Shown: positions 1-13,357 of the stretch, in pieces
How positions within the stretch are numbered: the stretch's first letter is position 1
Layout: the number at the start of each line of letters is the position of its first letter
Assembly (NCBI GenBank): GCA_964016885.1
Contig: CAXHJY010000992.1
Span: forward strand, 62,001 to 126,000
DNA: 64,000 bases
Direction: 5' to 3'
Source of the DNA: Eledone cirrhosa
Taxonomy: Eukaryota
The notes under the pieces: model-generated
Told to the model about the DNA's origin: nothing
The model's input: the letters and a program-made list of their open reading frames with translations, nothing else
Databases searched by the model: none
Position numbers and translations under genes: made by a program

Positions 1-104
1 CCAATTAATTGAAACTAATAAAAACTGAAAACTAAACATTGCAAACATACAACAGAAAATTGCAACTAAAATTATTGTAAACTCTTAAACCATTAAACTT
101 TCAT

Positions 105-3100
105 AGATAGCAACCGTGGGTAAGGATAGATACTATGGGTAAGGATAGTTAGCAACTGTGGGTAAGGATAGATACTGTGGGTAAGGATAGTTAGCAACTG
201 TGGGTAGGGATAGATAGCAACTGTGGGTAAGGATAGATACTGTGGGTAAGGATAGATAGCAACTGTGGGTAAGGATAGATAGCAACTGTGGGTAAGGATA
301 GATACTGTGGGTAAGGATAGTTAGCAACTGTGGGTAGGGATAGATAGCAACTGTGGGTAAGGATAGATACTGTGGGTAAGGATAGATAGCAACTGTGGGT
401 AAGGATAGATACTGTGGGTAAGGATAGTTAGCAACTGTGGGTAGGGATAGATAGCAACTGTGGGTAAGGATAGATAGCAACTGTGGGTAAGGATAGATAG
501 CAACTGTGGGTAAGGATAGATAGCAACTGTGGGTAAGGATAGTTAGCAACTGTGGGTAAGGATAGATAGCAACTGTGGGTAAGGATAGATAGCAACTGTG
601 GGTAAGGATAGTTAGCAACTGTGGGTAGGGATAGATAGCAACTGTGGGTAAGGATAGATAGCAACTGTGGGTAAGGATAGATAGCAACTGTGGGTAAGGA
701 TAGATAGTAACTGTGGGTAAGGATAGATAGCAACTGTGGGTAGGGATAGATAGCAACTGTGGGTAAGGATAGTTAGCAACTGTGGGTAAGGATAGATAGC
801 AACTGTGGGTAAGGATAGATAGCAACTGTGGGTAAGGATAGATACTGTGGGTAAGGATAGTTAGCAAATGTGGGTAGGGATAGATAGCAACTGTGGGTAA
901 GGATAGATAGCAACTGTGGGTAAGGATAGATAGCAACTGTGGGTAAGGATAGATAGCAACTGTGGGTAAGGATAGTTAGCAACTGTGGGTAAGGATAGAT
1001 AGCAACTGTGGGTAAGGATAGATAGCAACTGTGGGTAAGGATAGATACTGTGGGTAAGGATAGTTAGCAAATGTGGGTAGGGATAGATAGCAACTGTGGG
1101 TAAGGATAGTTAGCAACTGTGGGTAAGGATAGTTAGCAACTGTGGGTAGGGATAGATAGCAACTGTGGGTAAGGATAGATAGCAACTGTGGGTAAGGATA
1201 GATAGTAACTGTGGGTAAGGATAGATAGCAACTGTGGGTAAGGATAGATAGCAACTGTGGGTAAGGATAGATAGCAACTGTGGGTAAGGATAGATAGCAA
1301 CTGTGGGTAAGGATAGATAGCAACTGTGGGTAAGGATAGATACTGTGGGTAAGGATAGTTAGCAACTGTGGGTAGGGATAGATAGCAACTGTGGGTAAGG
1401 ATAGTTAGCAACTGTGGGTAAGGATAGATAGTAACTGTGGGTAAGGATAGATAGTAACTGTGGGTAAGGATAGATAGCAACTGTGGGTAAGGATAGATAG
1501 CAACTGTGGGTAAGGATAGATACTGTGGGTAAGGATAGTTAGCAACTGTGGGTATGGATAGATAGCAACTGTGGGTAAGGATAGATAGCAACTGTGGGTA
1601 AGGATAGATAGCAACTGTGGGTAAGGATAGATACTGTGGGTAAGGGTAGATACTGTGGGTAAGGATAGTTAGCAACTGTGGGTAAGGATAGATAGCAACT
1701 GTGGGTAAGGATAGATAGCAACTGTGGGTAAGGATAGATAGTAACTGTGGGTAAGGATAGATAGCAACTGTGGGTAAGGATAGATAGCAACTGTGGGTAG
1801 GGATAGATACTGTGGGTAAGGGTAGATACTGTGGGTAAGGATAGTTAGCAACTGTGGGTAAGGATAGATAGCAACTGTGGGTAAGGATAGATAACAACTG
1901 TGGGTAAGGATAGATACTGTGGGTAAGGATAGTTAGCAACTGTGGGTAAGGATAGATAGCAACTGTGGGTAAGGATAGATAGCAACTGTGGGTAAGGATA
2001 GATAGCAACTGTGGGTAAGGATAGATAGCAACTGTGGGTAAGGATAGATACTGTGGGTAAGGGTAGATACTGTGGGTAAGGATAGTTAGCAACTGTGGGT
2101 AAGGATAGTTAGCAACTGTGGGTAAGGATAGATAGCAACTGTGGGTAAGGATAGATAGTAACTGTGGGTAAGGATAGATAGCAACTGTGGGTAAGGATAG
2201 ATAGTAACTGTGGGTAAGGATAGATAGCAACTGTGGGTAGGGATAGATAGCAACTGTGGGTAGGGATAGATAGCAACTGTGGGTAGGGATAGATAGCAAC
2301 TGTGGGTAAGGATAGATACTGTGGGTAATGATAGATAGCAACTGTGGGTAGGGATAGATAGCAACTGTGGGTAAGGATAGATAGTAACTGTGGGTAAGGA
2401 TAGATACTGTGGGTAAGGATAGTTAGCAACTGTGGGTATGGATAGATAGCAACTGTGGGTAGGGATAGATAGCAACTGTGGGTAAGGATAGATAGCAACT
2501 GTGGGTAAGGATAGATACTGTGGGTAAGGATAGTTAGCAACTGTGGGTAGGGATAGATAGCAACTGTGGGTAGGGATAGATAGCAACTGTGGGTAAGGAT
2601 AGATAGCAACTGTGGGTAAGGATAGATACTGTGGGTAAGGATAGTTAGCAACTGTGGGTAGGGATAGATAGCAACTGTGGGTAAGGATAGATAGCAACTG
2701 TGGGTAAGGATAGATACTGTGGGTAAGGATAGTTAGCAACTGTGGGTATGGATAGATAGCAACTGTGGGTAAGGATAGATAGCAACTGTGGGTAAGGATA
2801 GATAGCAACTGTGGGTAAGGATAGATACTGTGGGTAAGGGTAGATACTGTGGGTAAGGATAGTTAGCAACTGTGGGTAAGGATAGATAGCAACTGTGGGT
2901 AAGGATAGATAGCAACTGTGGGTAAGGATAGATACTGTGGGTAAGGATAGTTAGCAACTGTGGGTAAGGATAGATAGCAACTGTGGGTAAGGATAGATAC
3001 TGTGGGTAAGGATAGTTAGCAACTGTGGGTATGGATAGATAGCAACTGTGGGTAGGGATAGATAGCAACTGTGGGTAAGGATAGATAGCAACTGTGGGTA

Positions 3101-5075
3101 AGGATAGATACTGTGGGTAAGGATAGATACTGTGGGTAAGGATAGATAGCAACTGTGGGTAAGGATAGATAGCAACTGTGGGTAAGGATAGATAGCAACT
3201 GTGGGTAAGGATAGATAGCAACTGTGGGTAAGGATAGATAGCAACTGTGGGTAAGGATAGATACTGTGGGTAATGATAGATAGCAACTGTGGTTAAGGAT
3301 AGATAGCAACTGTGGGTAAGGATAGATACTGTGGGTAAGGATAGTTAGCAACTGTGGGTATGGATAGATACTGTGGGTAAGGATAGATACTGTGGGTAAG
3401 GATAGATAGCAACTGTGGGTAAGGATAGATAGCAACTGTGGGTAAGGATAGATAGCAACTGTGGGTAAGGATAGATAGCAACTGTGGGTAAGGATAGATA
3501 GCAACTGTGGGTAAGGATAGATACTGTGGGTAAGGATAGTTAGCAACTGTGGGTAAGGATAGATAGCAACTGTGGGTAAGGATAGATACTGTGGGTAAGG
3601 ATAGTTAGCAACTGTGGGTATGGATAGATAGCAACTGTGGGTAGGGATAGATAGCAACTGTGGGTAAGGATAGATAGCAACTGTGGGTAAGGATAGATAC
3701 TGTGGGTAAGGATAGATACTGTGGGTAAGGATAGATAGCAACTGTGGGTAAGGATAGATAGCAACTGTGGGTAAGGATAGATAGCAACTGTGGGTAAGGA
3801 TAGATAGCAACTGTGGGTAAGGATAGATAGCAACTGTGGGTAAGGATAGATACTGTGGGTAATGATAGATAGCAACTGTGGTTAAGGATAGATAGCAACT
3901 GTGGGTAAGGATAGATAGCAACTGTGGTTAAGGATAGATAGCAACTGTGGGTAAGGATAGATAGCAACTGTGGGTAAGGATAGATAGCAACTGTGGGTAG
4001 GGATAGATAGCAACTGTGGGTAAGGATAGATACTGTGGGTAATGATAGATAGCAACTGTGGTTAAGGATAGATAGCAACTGTGGGTAAGGATAGATAGCA
4101 ACTGTGGTTAAGGATAGATAGCAACTGTGGGTAAGGATAGATAGCAACTGTGGTTAAGGATAGATAGCAACTGTGGGTAGGGATAGATAGCAACTGTGGG
4201 TAAGGATAGATACTGTGGGTAAGGATAGATAGCAACTGTGGGTAAGGATAGATACTGTGGGTAATGATAGATAGCAACTGTGGTTAAGGATAGATAGCAA
4301 CTGTGGGTAAGGATAGATAGCAACTGTGGGTAAGGATAGATAGCAACTGTGGGTAAGGATAGATAGCAACTGTGGTTAAGGATAGATAGCAACTGTGGGT
4401 AGGGATAGATAGCAACTGTGGGTAAGGATAGATAGCAACTGTGGGTATGGATAGATAGCAACTGTGGGTAAGGATAGATACTGTGGGTAATGATAGATAG
4501 CAACTGTGGTTAAGGATAGATAGCAACTGTGGGTAAGGATAGATAGCAACTGTGGGTAAGGATAGATAGCAACTGTGGGTAAGGATAGATAGCAACTGTG
4601 GGTAAGGATAGATACTGTGGGTAAGGATAGATAGCAACTGTGGTTAAGGATAGATAGCAACTGTGGGTAAGGATAGATAGCAACTGTGGGTAAGGATAGA
4701 TACTGTGGGTAAGGATAGATAGCAACTGTGGTTAAGGATAGATAGCAACTGTGGGTAAGGATAGATAGCAACTGTGGGTAAGGATAGATACTGTGGGTAA
4801 TGATAGATAGCAACTGTGGTTAAGGATAGATAGCAACTGTGGGTAAGGATAGATAGCAACTGTGGGTAAGGATAGATACTGTGGGTAAGGATAGATAGCA
4901 ACTGTGGGTATGGATAGATACTGTGGGTAGGGATAGATAGCAACTGTGGTTAAGGATAGATAGCAACAGTGGGTAACGATAGATAGCTACTGTGGGTAGG
5001 GATAGCAACTGTGGATAAGGATAGATAGTAACTGTGGGTAAGGATAGCAACTGTGGGTAGGAGGGGCAATAACAG
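105..5075. repeat. Minisatellite array, 23-bp unit GATAGCAACTGTGGGTAAGGATA interspersed with a 19-bp deletion variant (about 220 units)
   Basis: Tandem units directly visible; degenerates at 4960-5075; minus-strand ORFs here are periodic translations. Confidence 0.98.
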
Positions 5076-5445
5076 TGACTAGAAAGGGATAACAATCAAG
5101 AGGGAGGGGCATAAAAGGGTAACAATTGGGGTTAAAAGAGGGATTAATGATGAGTAATAAACTTAGGGATTAAAAAATATACATAGGTAAATAGTGATCA
5201 TCTAACAAATGCAGAGATATATGTATATACACTTGTATACACACACACATATATATATTTATATGTACGTATATGCAACATATTGTCAGTGTGTGTGTGT
5301 GTAGGTAAGCACATATGTATGACTGCATGCAAGCATGTTTTCATGTTTGTATGTAGGATCATTATAACACATCTTAACCCCTAACAGACAGAAAGCAACA
5401 GAAATGGTGAAAAAGAAGCCACTAAAAACTTATATATACATGTAC

Positions 5446-5478
<33 letters not shown>

Positions 5479-5572
5479 TATATATATACACATATATATA
5501 TAATATATATATATATATATACACATATATATATAATATATATATAGGTTTCAAGAAGTGAGTTAACTGTAC

Positions 5573-5605
5573 CTCTGGCTGGTGCTGGGCTGGATATGTT
5601 TACCC
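5573..5605 (-). CDS. Candidate 33-nt phase-1 cassette exon of the CAMSAP-like gene, (G)VNISSPAPAR
   Basis: Minus strand reads ccttttttttcttccatttcatctgttgcttag|GGGTAAACATATCCAGCCCAGCACCAGCCAGAG|gtacag; strong pyrimidine tract, length divisible by 3, open in the phase left by the upstream exons. Confidence 0.55.
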
Positions 5606-6126
5606 CTAAGCAACAGATGAAATGGAAGAAAAAAAGGTAGACAAGTAGACAACACCATGAAGATTATTATCATTATTGTTGTTGTTATTATCATTATTAT
5701 TATTATTAGGGAACAAATTATCCAAGGTAAGCAAATATACAAAAAAAGGACAGATAGGGGAAAAGGTATAACAAAAATGTAGAAAAATACACAGGTAAGC
5801 TATATGTAGCAAATGGCATAATTGGTAAAAAAATATATATATAAAGCTCAAAAGGTTTGATCTAATGAAACTGAAAGTAGGCAGAATAGAAAGCATAGTG
5901 TGGGCATGAACAGAAGGAAAGCATGGCTGACTGATCTCAGTGGCTAAGGGGGGACAGACTTACCAGCTCAAGCAACACAACAAATTAGAGTCAATCCAGA
6001 ATTTAGAGAGAGAAAAATATTTAAATAAATATATAAATGTATATATATAAGAGCTTCTTTACCAAAAATCCAACTGAACTAGTTTCCAGAACTAAAAGTC
6101 AAATCTCTGTGCAGATAATATGTGTG

Positions 6127-6185
<59 letters not shown>

Positions 6186-6739
6186 AAGCCATTGGTATAA
6201 ACTAGATTTTTGCAATAATTAGAAATAAAATGAAATGCCATATTTTATTATATATATATTTTTATAAATTTCGAAATAAAAAGAGACAAAACCAAAATGA
6301 AAATTCAGGCTGTGCAAAATATATTGTAAATATATTTAATTGAAGGATTGAGTTAACCAGAGGTGTCCAGAGATTTGGGGCAGCTAAATTAACGATAGAG
6401 CACGTGTGTGTGTCTGTGTAACCTCAGCAACAACATTGGGTTTAGACCTACCTATCCTCACTGGTCAAGAGAGCCCCTGTGGTTGTGTGATCAGGCCTGG
6501 TCATCAATACCTAGCAGAAAATTTGTACTCAGAACACAGAATGCCAAAACATATTCTGCAAGGTTTTCAAAGTAAGGTTCTAACAATTTTGCCAAACCAG
6601 GGATCCAAAAGCCTTGCCTAATACAACCCCAAAAAGATGCAAAAGCAAAGTTGACCACAGCAATATTTGAACTCAGAGTGCAGACAGAACGACCAGAATG
6701 AACACTACAAGGCATTCCATCACACAAACACACACACAC

Positions 6740-6795
<56 letters not shown>

Positions 6796-7118
6796 ATAAT
6801 ATGGAAATGGCTTCTAGAACTGTTTCAGATGATTTCTCCTGAATGAAACAGTTCTAGTCCTGTAGAAGCCATTTCTATATTAAACATTTATACTCTGCTA
6901 TCTATTGACTACCTTACTGTGGTTACCCCCAATTGAACCTGGGATAACTTATATATATATATAATTCCAGGCTGGAACTAGCTGTTGAAGCAGCAAGAGC
7001 TCATGCATTGGGGTCTCGACTCTTTATAATATAACCAGACTCTACCACCTCAAGTATTGAGTTCTCTGTTCAGTAATATTCTAACCAGTTTTAAACTGAA
7101 TCCATCCTGACTGATATG

Positions 7119-7187
<69 letters not shown>

Positions 7188-7459
7188 AATGAAACAAGGG
7201 GAGTTAAATATTCTAAAAAGAAAGAAAAGTTAACATTTGAAAATCAATCAAGCTTATTACCACTTGTGAAGTAACAAAGAGAAGAGAAAAACAACTGATT
7301 GATTGATTGATCTATTATTAAGGGCAGTAATTATATCAGTGTTAAAGTAGGGAATATTTGATTGACAGTCATGAACAATTCTGTGTTGTTAGAATGTTAT
7401 AAAGAGGTTTATAACATTTGGAACTAATACTTAAACTAAATATATATAGAAAATATAAC

Positions 7460-7497
<38 letters not shown>

Positions 7498-7854
7498 ATT
7501 TAGATCAATAAAAAAAAATTCATTAAATATATGTATGAATTTTTTTCTTAATTACTGAAAATTGCTGTGTAGTTGACATTACAATAATTCATCACTGCAG
7601 ATGACAATACAAGATATTTATAAATAATAGAAGACCAAATGTGAACAAGAAACAGAGTAATAAGTATATATCAGGGAAAAGTCCTAAAGTCCATTGTGTC
7701 CAAACAACACCAACTACTACAAAACCAAATTGAAACAACAATAGGCTACACAAGGACACAGAAACTTGATGGATTAGGGGTAAAAATAAAACAAAATAAT
7801 GTATAAGAGATGTGATCAGGTCCATCATCATCAATGTCACTAGATATTGATGGC

Positions 7855-8030
7855 TAACAGGGTGAAAGCATGGATGTGTGGCTCATATGGTTGTTTTGTA
7901 ACCAAACGCTTGCTGATTAAGTTCCATATGAAGAGCACAACGAGAAAGTGTCTTCTACTACCATCGCTGTGGATTGACCAATAACTTATGAGTGAAATTT
8001 GGTAGGCAGAAACTATGCAGAAATCCATTA
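7855..8030 (+). mobile_element. Degenerate SINE-like repeat (related copies inverted at about 36630-36720 and 38550-38710)
   Basis: TGAGTGAAATTTGGTAGGCAGAAACT motif is the reverse complement of AGTTTCTATCTACCAAATTTCACTCA at about 36643-36668. Confidence 0.5.
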
Positions 8031-8072
8031 TATATATATTGGAAGATGTGTGAGATCCTTGGTACAGTTAGG

Positions 8073-8327
8073 TATATTTGAAAAAAAGGAAAAGAATGAC
8101 TTCACTTGTAGTTCTAAACAATTTGATTTAATTTTATAATATTATATGTCAATTGACAATCGCTACCGACGAATGCGAGAATGTTCTCCAGGAAAGTTAA
8201 CCAGGTATCTTTAAAAATTTTCCCACCGAAATTAACAAAGAACTTACTAGATCTACCAACTCATAATATTATAAAATTAAATCAAATTGTTTAGAACTAC
8301 AAGTGAAGTCATTCTTTTCCTTTTTTT

Positions 8328-8335
<8 letters not shown>
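8073..8335. repeat. Perfect 73-bp inverted repeat with 117-bp spacer (MITE-like or Penelope-type inversion)
   Basis: 8073-8145 is the reverse complement of 8263-8335; right arm runs into (TA)n. Confidence 0.9.
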
Positions 8336-8370
<35 letters not shown>

Positions 8371-8959
8371 TGCTTTTGAAAACAGCTGGTGATATGCATG
8401 TAAGTAAATATTCTCTTTATCTGATATTTTGTAACTAACCTTACATAGATCAATAACGGAGTATAGCTACAATGTATTATCATCACCTAGAAACGATAGT
8501 AAAGCAGTGAAGTATATCTCTAATGACTTGATTTTTTATTTCATTGTTTTAACTTATATATATATAATACTAACAAATTTATAGAAGTCATGTCAGAAAA
8601 TCACAGACATGCACCATACCACCTGTAGACAAAGATTCTAATGAATAGATCCGAACATTTAGTAGCCACAAAATGTAAAGAAGTCTACCATATATGTGTG
8701 TGTGTATGTAAGTGTATACAGGTCACCATAAATGTCATATTGACACCATTTATAATGCCTGCTGTGACAGTTATGTCCCAAAACAATAACATCTGGCAGT
8801 GAAACAGTCTGATGAACTTCAGTAACATACACCCTACCTAAAATAAGTTAGGGGTTGGTCTCATGGAGGGCATCTGACCATAGAAATACTTACCAGAAAA
8901 CATGGAAAATTAAAGTAAAAAATATTTTTTCCTGTATAACAATAAAGGCTACTGACATA

Positions 8960-10530
8960 TCCCAACTCCCCCTACAGACTACCTCCACCCCACCCCCACC
9001 CCTAGACTACCTCCAGCCCACCCCCACCCCTAGACTACCTCCAGCCCACCACCCCCTACAGACTACCTTCACCCCACCCCCACCCCTAGACTACCTCCAG
9101 CCCACCACCCCCTACAGACTACCTCCACCCCACCCCCACCCCTAGACTACCTCCAGCCCACCACCCCCTACAGACTACCTTCACCCCACCCCCACCCCTA
9201 GACTACCTCCAGCCCACCACCCCCTACAGACTACCTCCACCCCACCCCCACCCCTAGACTACCTCCAGCCCACCACCCCCTACAGACTACCTCCACCCCA
9301 CCCCCACCCCTAGACTACCTCCAGCCCACCACCCCCTACAGACTACCTCCACCCCACCCCCACCCCTAGACTACCTCCAGCCCACCACCCCCTACAGACT
9401 ACCTCCACCCCACCCCCACCCCTAGACTACCTCCAGCCCACCACCCCCTACAGACTACCTCCACCCCACCCCCACCCCTAGACTACCTCCAGCCCACCAC
9501 CCCCTACAGACTACCTCTACCCCACCCCCACCCCTAGACTACCTCCAGCCCACCACCCCCTACAGACTACCTCCACCCCACCCCCACCCCTAGACTACCT
9601 CCAGCCCAACTCCCCCTACAGACTACCTCCACCCCACCCCCACCCCTAGACTACCTCCAGCCCACCACCCCCTACAGACTACCTCCACCCCACCCCCACC
9701 CCTAGACTACCTCCAGCCCACCACCCCCTACAGACTACCTCCACCCCACCCCCACCCCTAGACTACCTCCAGCCCACCACCCCCTACAGACTACCTCCAC
9801 CCCACCCCCACCCCTAGACTACCTCCAGCCCACCACCCCCTACAGACTACCTCCACCCCACCCCCACCCCTAGACTACCTCCAGCCCACCACCCCCTACA
9901 GACTACCTCCACCCCACCCCCACCCCTAGACTACCTCCAGCCCACCACCCCCTACAGACTACCTCCACCCCACCCCCACCCCTAGACTACCTCCAGCCCA
10001 CCACCCCCTACAGACTACCTCCACCCCACCCCCACCCCTAGACTACCTCCAGCCCAACTCCCCCTACAGACTACCTCCACCCCACCCCCACCCCCACACT
10101 ACCTCCAGCCCACCACCCCCTACAGACTACCTCCACCCCACCCCCACCCCTAGACTACCTCCAGCCCACCACCCCCTACAGACTACCTCCACCCCACCCC
10201 CACCCCTAGACTACCTCCAGCCCACCACCCCCTACAGACTACCTTCACCAACCCCTACAGACTACCCCCCACCACCACCACCACCAACCCCTACAGACTA
10301 CCTCACCCCACCAACAACCCCCTACAAACTACCTCCCCCACCTACTCCCTACAGACTACCTCCCCACCAACCCCCTATAGACTACCTCCCCCACCAACTC
10401 CCTACAGACTGCCCCTCTCCCAACTCCCTCTATAGACTATTCCCCCCAACAACTCCTTACACACTGCCTCCCCCACCTACTCACAACAGACTGCCCCCTT
10501 CCAACTCCCTCTAATACCCTCCCCCCACCC
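8960..10530. repeat. C-rich minisatellite, 56-bp unit made of two AGACTACCTCCA-containing subunits (about 23 units, then degenerate)
   Basis: CAGACT recurs with a 56-bp period (e.g. 9115, 9171); degenerate monomers 10240-10530. Confidence 0.97.
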
Positions 10531-11019
10531 ATCAGCCACAATAGGCTGATAAAGAGGTCAATCTCTAGTCCACATTTCAACTCTACAAATAATCCTCCAA
10601 TACAACAGGGAAACCTTTCTATGGTCACTTGACCTGCTAGAAATAGCAGACAGATCTCCCTCAAATTACACCCTTACCAGGGTATATTGGATAGATAATG
10701 CAATAGTGGATTAAATTATGTCTGAAAAAAGATAACTTGATGAAATGTACAGGGCCAGATTGGGGGGGGGGGGGGGGGGGACAATTTCCCTGGGCCTCCT
10801 GCACTTGTGAGCCCCACCAGCAACAGCTGTAGCAATTTATTTGTACCCTCAGCTGGGTTTCTTAGTTTTAAGGTGGTTAGAACTTTAGAATTTTGTGTAT
10901 GTCTCAGATCAAACCACTTGCCAGACAGGTTCAACTATGGTTAAAATGACTCTTCCATACAGTAACTGTTTTACTTTCAACACACAGTCGCAGATCAAGT
11001 CACTTGCTAGACAAGTTCA

Positions 11020-11165
11020 GCTCTGAAATATAGGTAGAGTGGTAAGTTGATTAAATTGATCTCCAGTTATTTGATTGGTACTTTATTTTATTGACCCCTT
11101 GGGAAGATGAAAACCAAAGTTGATCTTAACAGGATTTGAAATCAGAATGTAAAAAGCCAGAACAA
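11020..11165 (-). mobile_element. Old SINE-like remnant
   Basis: TGGTAC..TATT..TGACCC..GATGAAA..CAAAGTTGATCT motif shared with 38980-39030. Confidence 0.4.
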
Positions 11166-11677
11166 ATATTGTATTAAATGCTGACAAAAGAACTAAAGAT
11201 TCAATCTTGTCACACTTAATAAAACATTTCAAATTATCACAGCAATTAGATTACAAGTGATGTGGAACAATGTCATCAGCTCTAATTAACTACTAATATT
11301 TATCTGATAATTAATTTGTTGGCCCTTCCAAAAGATAGAAGACAAAGATCTGACCACACTTTTCATAAGGCGTTGACCTCCCTACTAAAAATAGGACCAA
11401 CAACCATTCCAAAAGACACAAAATGTCAGTCACCAACTCAAGATGAGAAATTTATAGTTTTTTTATTCAAAATATTTAAACAATATCTATAGAGGTGATG
11501 CAAGAAATTACTTAACCACCCACTACACAAACATCTTTATTTAGCCCCACACTGGGGCAAACTGCAGCCCACAGGTTACATACAGCTAGATTGGCTTTCA
11601 GAGTTTGTTGTAGTAATGTGGCTCACCTTATGATGAGCCATATCTCAAGTGGCTTGAGAAATTCTGTCTATGCCTGA

Positions 11678-11946
11678 TCTACAAAGACATACCTTAAATT
11701 ACTTAGCCATGCTCTACAAAAGATGTGCCTTAACTTACTTAGCCATACTCTACAAAATATGTACTTTAAATTACTTAGCCACCTGCTACAAAGATGTAGC
11801 TTAAATTACTTAGTCACAATCCACAAAAGATGTACCTTAAATTACTTAGCCAATCTCTACAAAAGATGTACCTTTAACTACTTAACCAACCTCTACAAAA
11901 GATGTACCTTTAATTGCTTAGCCACACACTACAAAGATGTACCTTG
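11678..11946. repeat. Degenerate tandem repeat of about 36 bp (ACAAAAGATGTACCTTAAATTACTTAGCCA core), about 7-8 copies
   Basis: Repeated core directly visible. Confidence 0.9.
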
Positions 11947-12407
11947 AAGTACTGTCACTGTAAGCAACAACTTAAATAAATAAGAACAACAATTCTCTTA
12001 AAAGTAATTTCTACAAAAGATTAAAATAAACTAGATTCTAAGGTAAATTAGTGATGGGATGAGTTGGTTAAAATAAGTCAATACAATTTGTAAAATAAGA
12101 ATTTTGTATGCCATGATTTGTAGTAAGTTTCAATATATGGGGTCAGAGGAGCCACTTCTTGGAAGAAATAGCAGACATTTCTTTTCAGAAGAGACTTTAC
12201 TAAGAACATCGAAACTCATCTCTCTCTCTTTTCACAAGATCTTATATCATTTTCCAAACTTTAAAAAAGACTGGGGGTAACTGAAATTTGACTGTCTAAA
12301 AGAAAACTGGCCTATATATTTGAATAATAAATTCATCTACTACTAGGAACTTTTGATAATATGGTGGGTAAGAGTCTGAACACCACTGGCTAATATATCC
12401 AATATAC

Positions 12408-12506
12408 CTTTGCAGCAGCATATGCCATGTTGTAAACCCATTTTGATAAGTTCCAATTGTGATGGTCCTGCAGGGCAGCTGGTAGATAGCATTAGCCCAG
12501 ATTTAG
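12408..12506 (-). CDS. Candidate 99-nt phase-1 exon of the CAMSAP-like gene, (S)KSGLMLSTSCPAGPSQLELIKMGLQHGICCCK(G)
   Basis: Minus strand: tttttcctttttgaag|CTAAATCT...TGCTGCAAAG|gtatat; stop-free in phase 1, matching the phase-1 end of exon 37936-38231; GC-richer than flanks. Confidence 0.6.
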
Positions 12507-12583
12507 CTTCAAAAAGGAAAAATATAAAAAAAAAATAATCAAATAATCAAATCAAGAGACATTCCATCTAGTAAGATCTATAG

Positions 12584-12721
12584 CAGGGATCAGCAACTTC
12601 TTTTGTTAAAGGCCCACTTTGGATATTTGTGGTTTTCCACCCACTCCCCTCACAGCCCACATATATATTATATTTTACATATTCAAATTTAAAAAGGGTC
12701 ATGGCCTGTTGCCAACCCCTG
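12584..12721. mobile_element. hAT (Charlie-like) MITE, 138 bp
   Basis: Imperfect TIR CAGGGATCAGCAAC / GTTGCCAACCCCTG; identical 8-bp TSD ATCTATAG at 12576-12583 and 12722-12729. Confidence 0.85.
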
Positions 12722-13129
12722 ATCTATAGTGTCAGCAGCAAGTCCTTTTCAAAGGTAACATTCTGAAAAAAAAAACTTCCATTTTTTTTTTTTTAACTTA
12801 CTCCATCATCAAAGATAGAGTTATAAGATTAATTTAAGAAATAAATCATTAAATTAACTTTTTTTATTATTATTGTAACACTTTTAATTATAACTAATGT
12901 GATATATACACAGCTACGACAGCACAACATGGATATACACAGATCAGCTATCCAGCAAAAACCTTCATCGACCAGCTGATATGGCATGTTACACAGCTAG
13001 ACTCAAGAGTACTGAGGGATGATGATGAGTGACATAAGTTGAACTAATCTAAGTTCAACCAGATGATAAAGATGAATGTGAATATGGACAGGGAAGGAAT
13101 AAACCTAAGTCAGGAATTGATGTATTTAA

Positions 13130-13357
13130 CCCTTTCATGACTGTATGTCTAATAAAATACACTGTTTTCATTAATTAATGAAGAATTTTGAGGGATTTAC
13201 TAGAAGTTTTAATTATTTCATTACTAAGATAGTAACAATGTAAGGTTCTTATATAAAATTATGTTGGAAGATTTTTATTTAAATTGGAAACCTTTAAAAT
13301 GGATGGTTTTATTTCATAGAACCAGAGCTGGTTTTGGCTAGGTTGGTCACTAAAGGG
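13130..13357. mobile_element. piggyBac-like MITE, 228 bp
   Basis: TTAA|CCCTTTCATGAC ... GTCACTAAAGGG|TTAA: TTAA target sites and CCC-starting TIRs. Confidence 0.75.

Noticed and set aside
6598-6617. Additional short exon after ...gttgtattag on the minus strand
   Set aside because: 20 nt to a weak GTTTGG donor breaks the frame; a 15-nt version needs a downstream AAG acceptor; support too weak
8825-8855. Recursive splice site (ctaacttattttag|gtaggg on the minus strand)
   Set aside because: Short pyrimidine tract and branch-like motif too close to the AG; expected by chance
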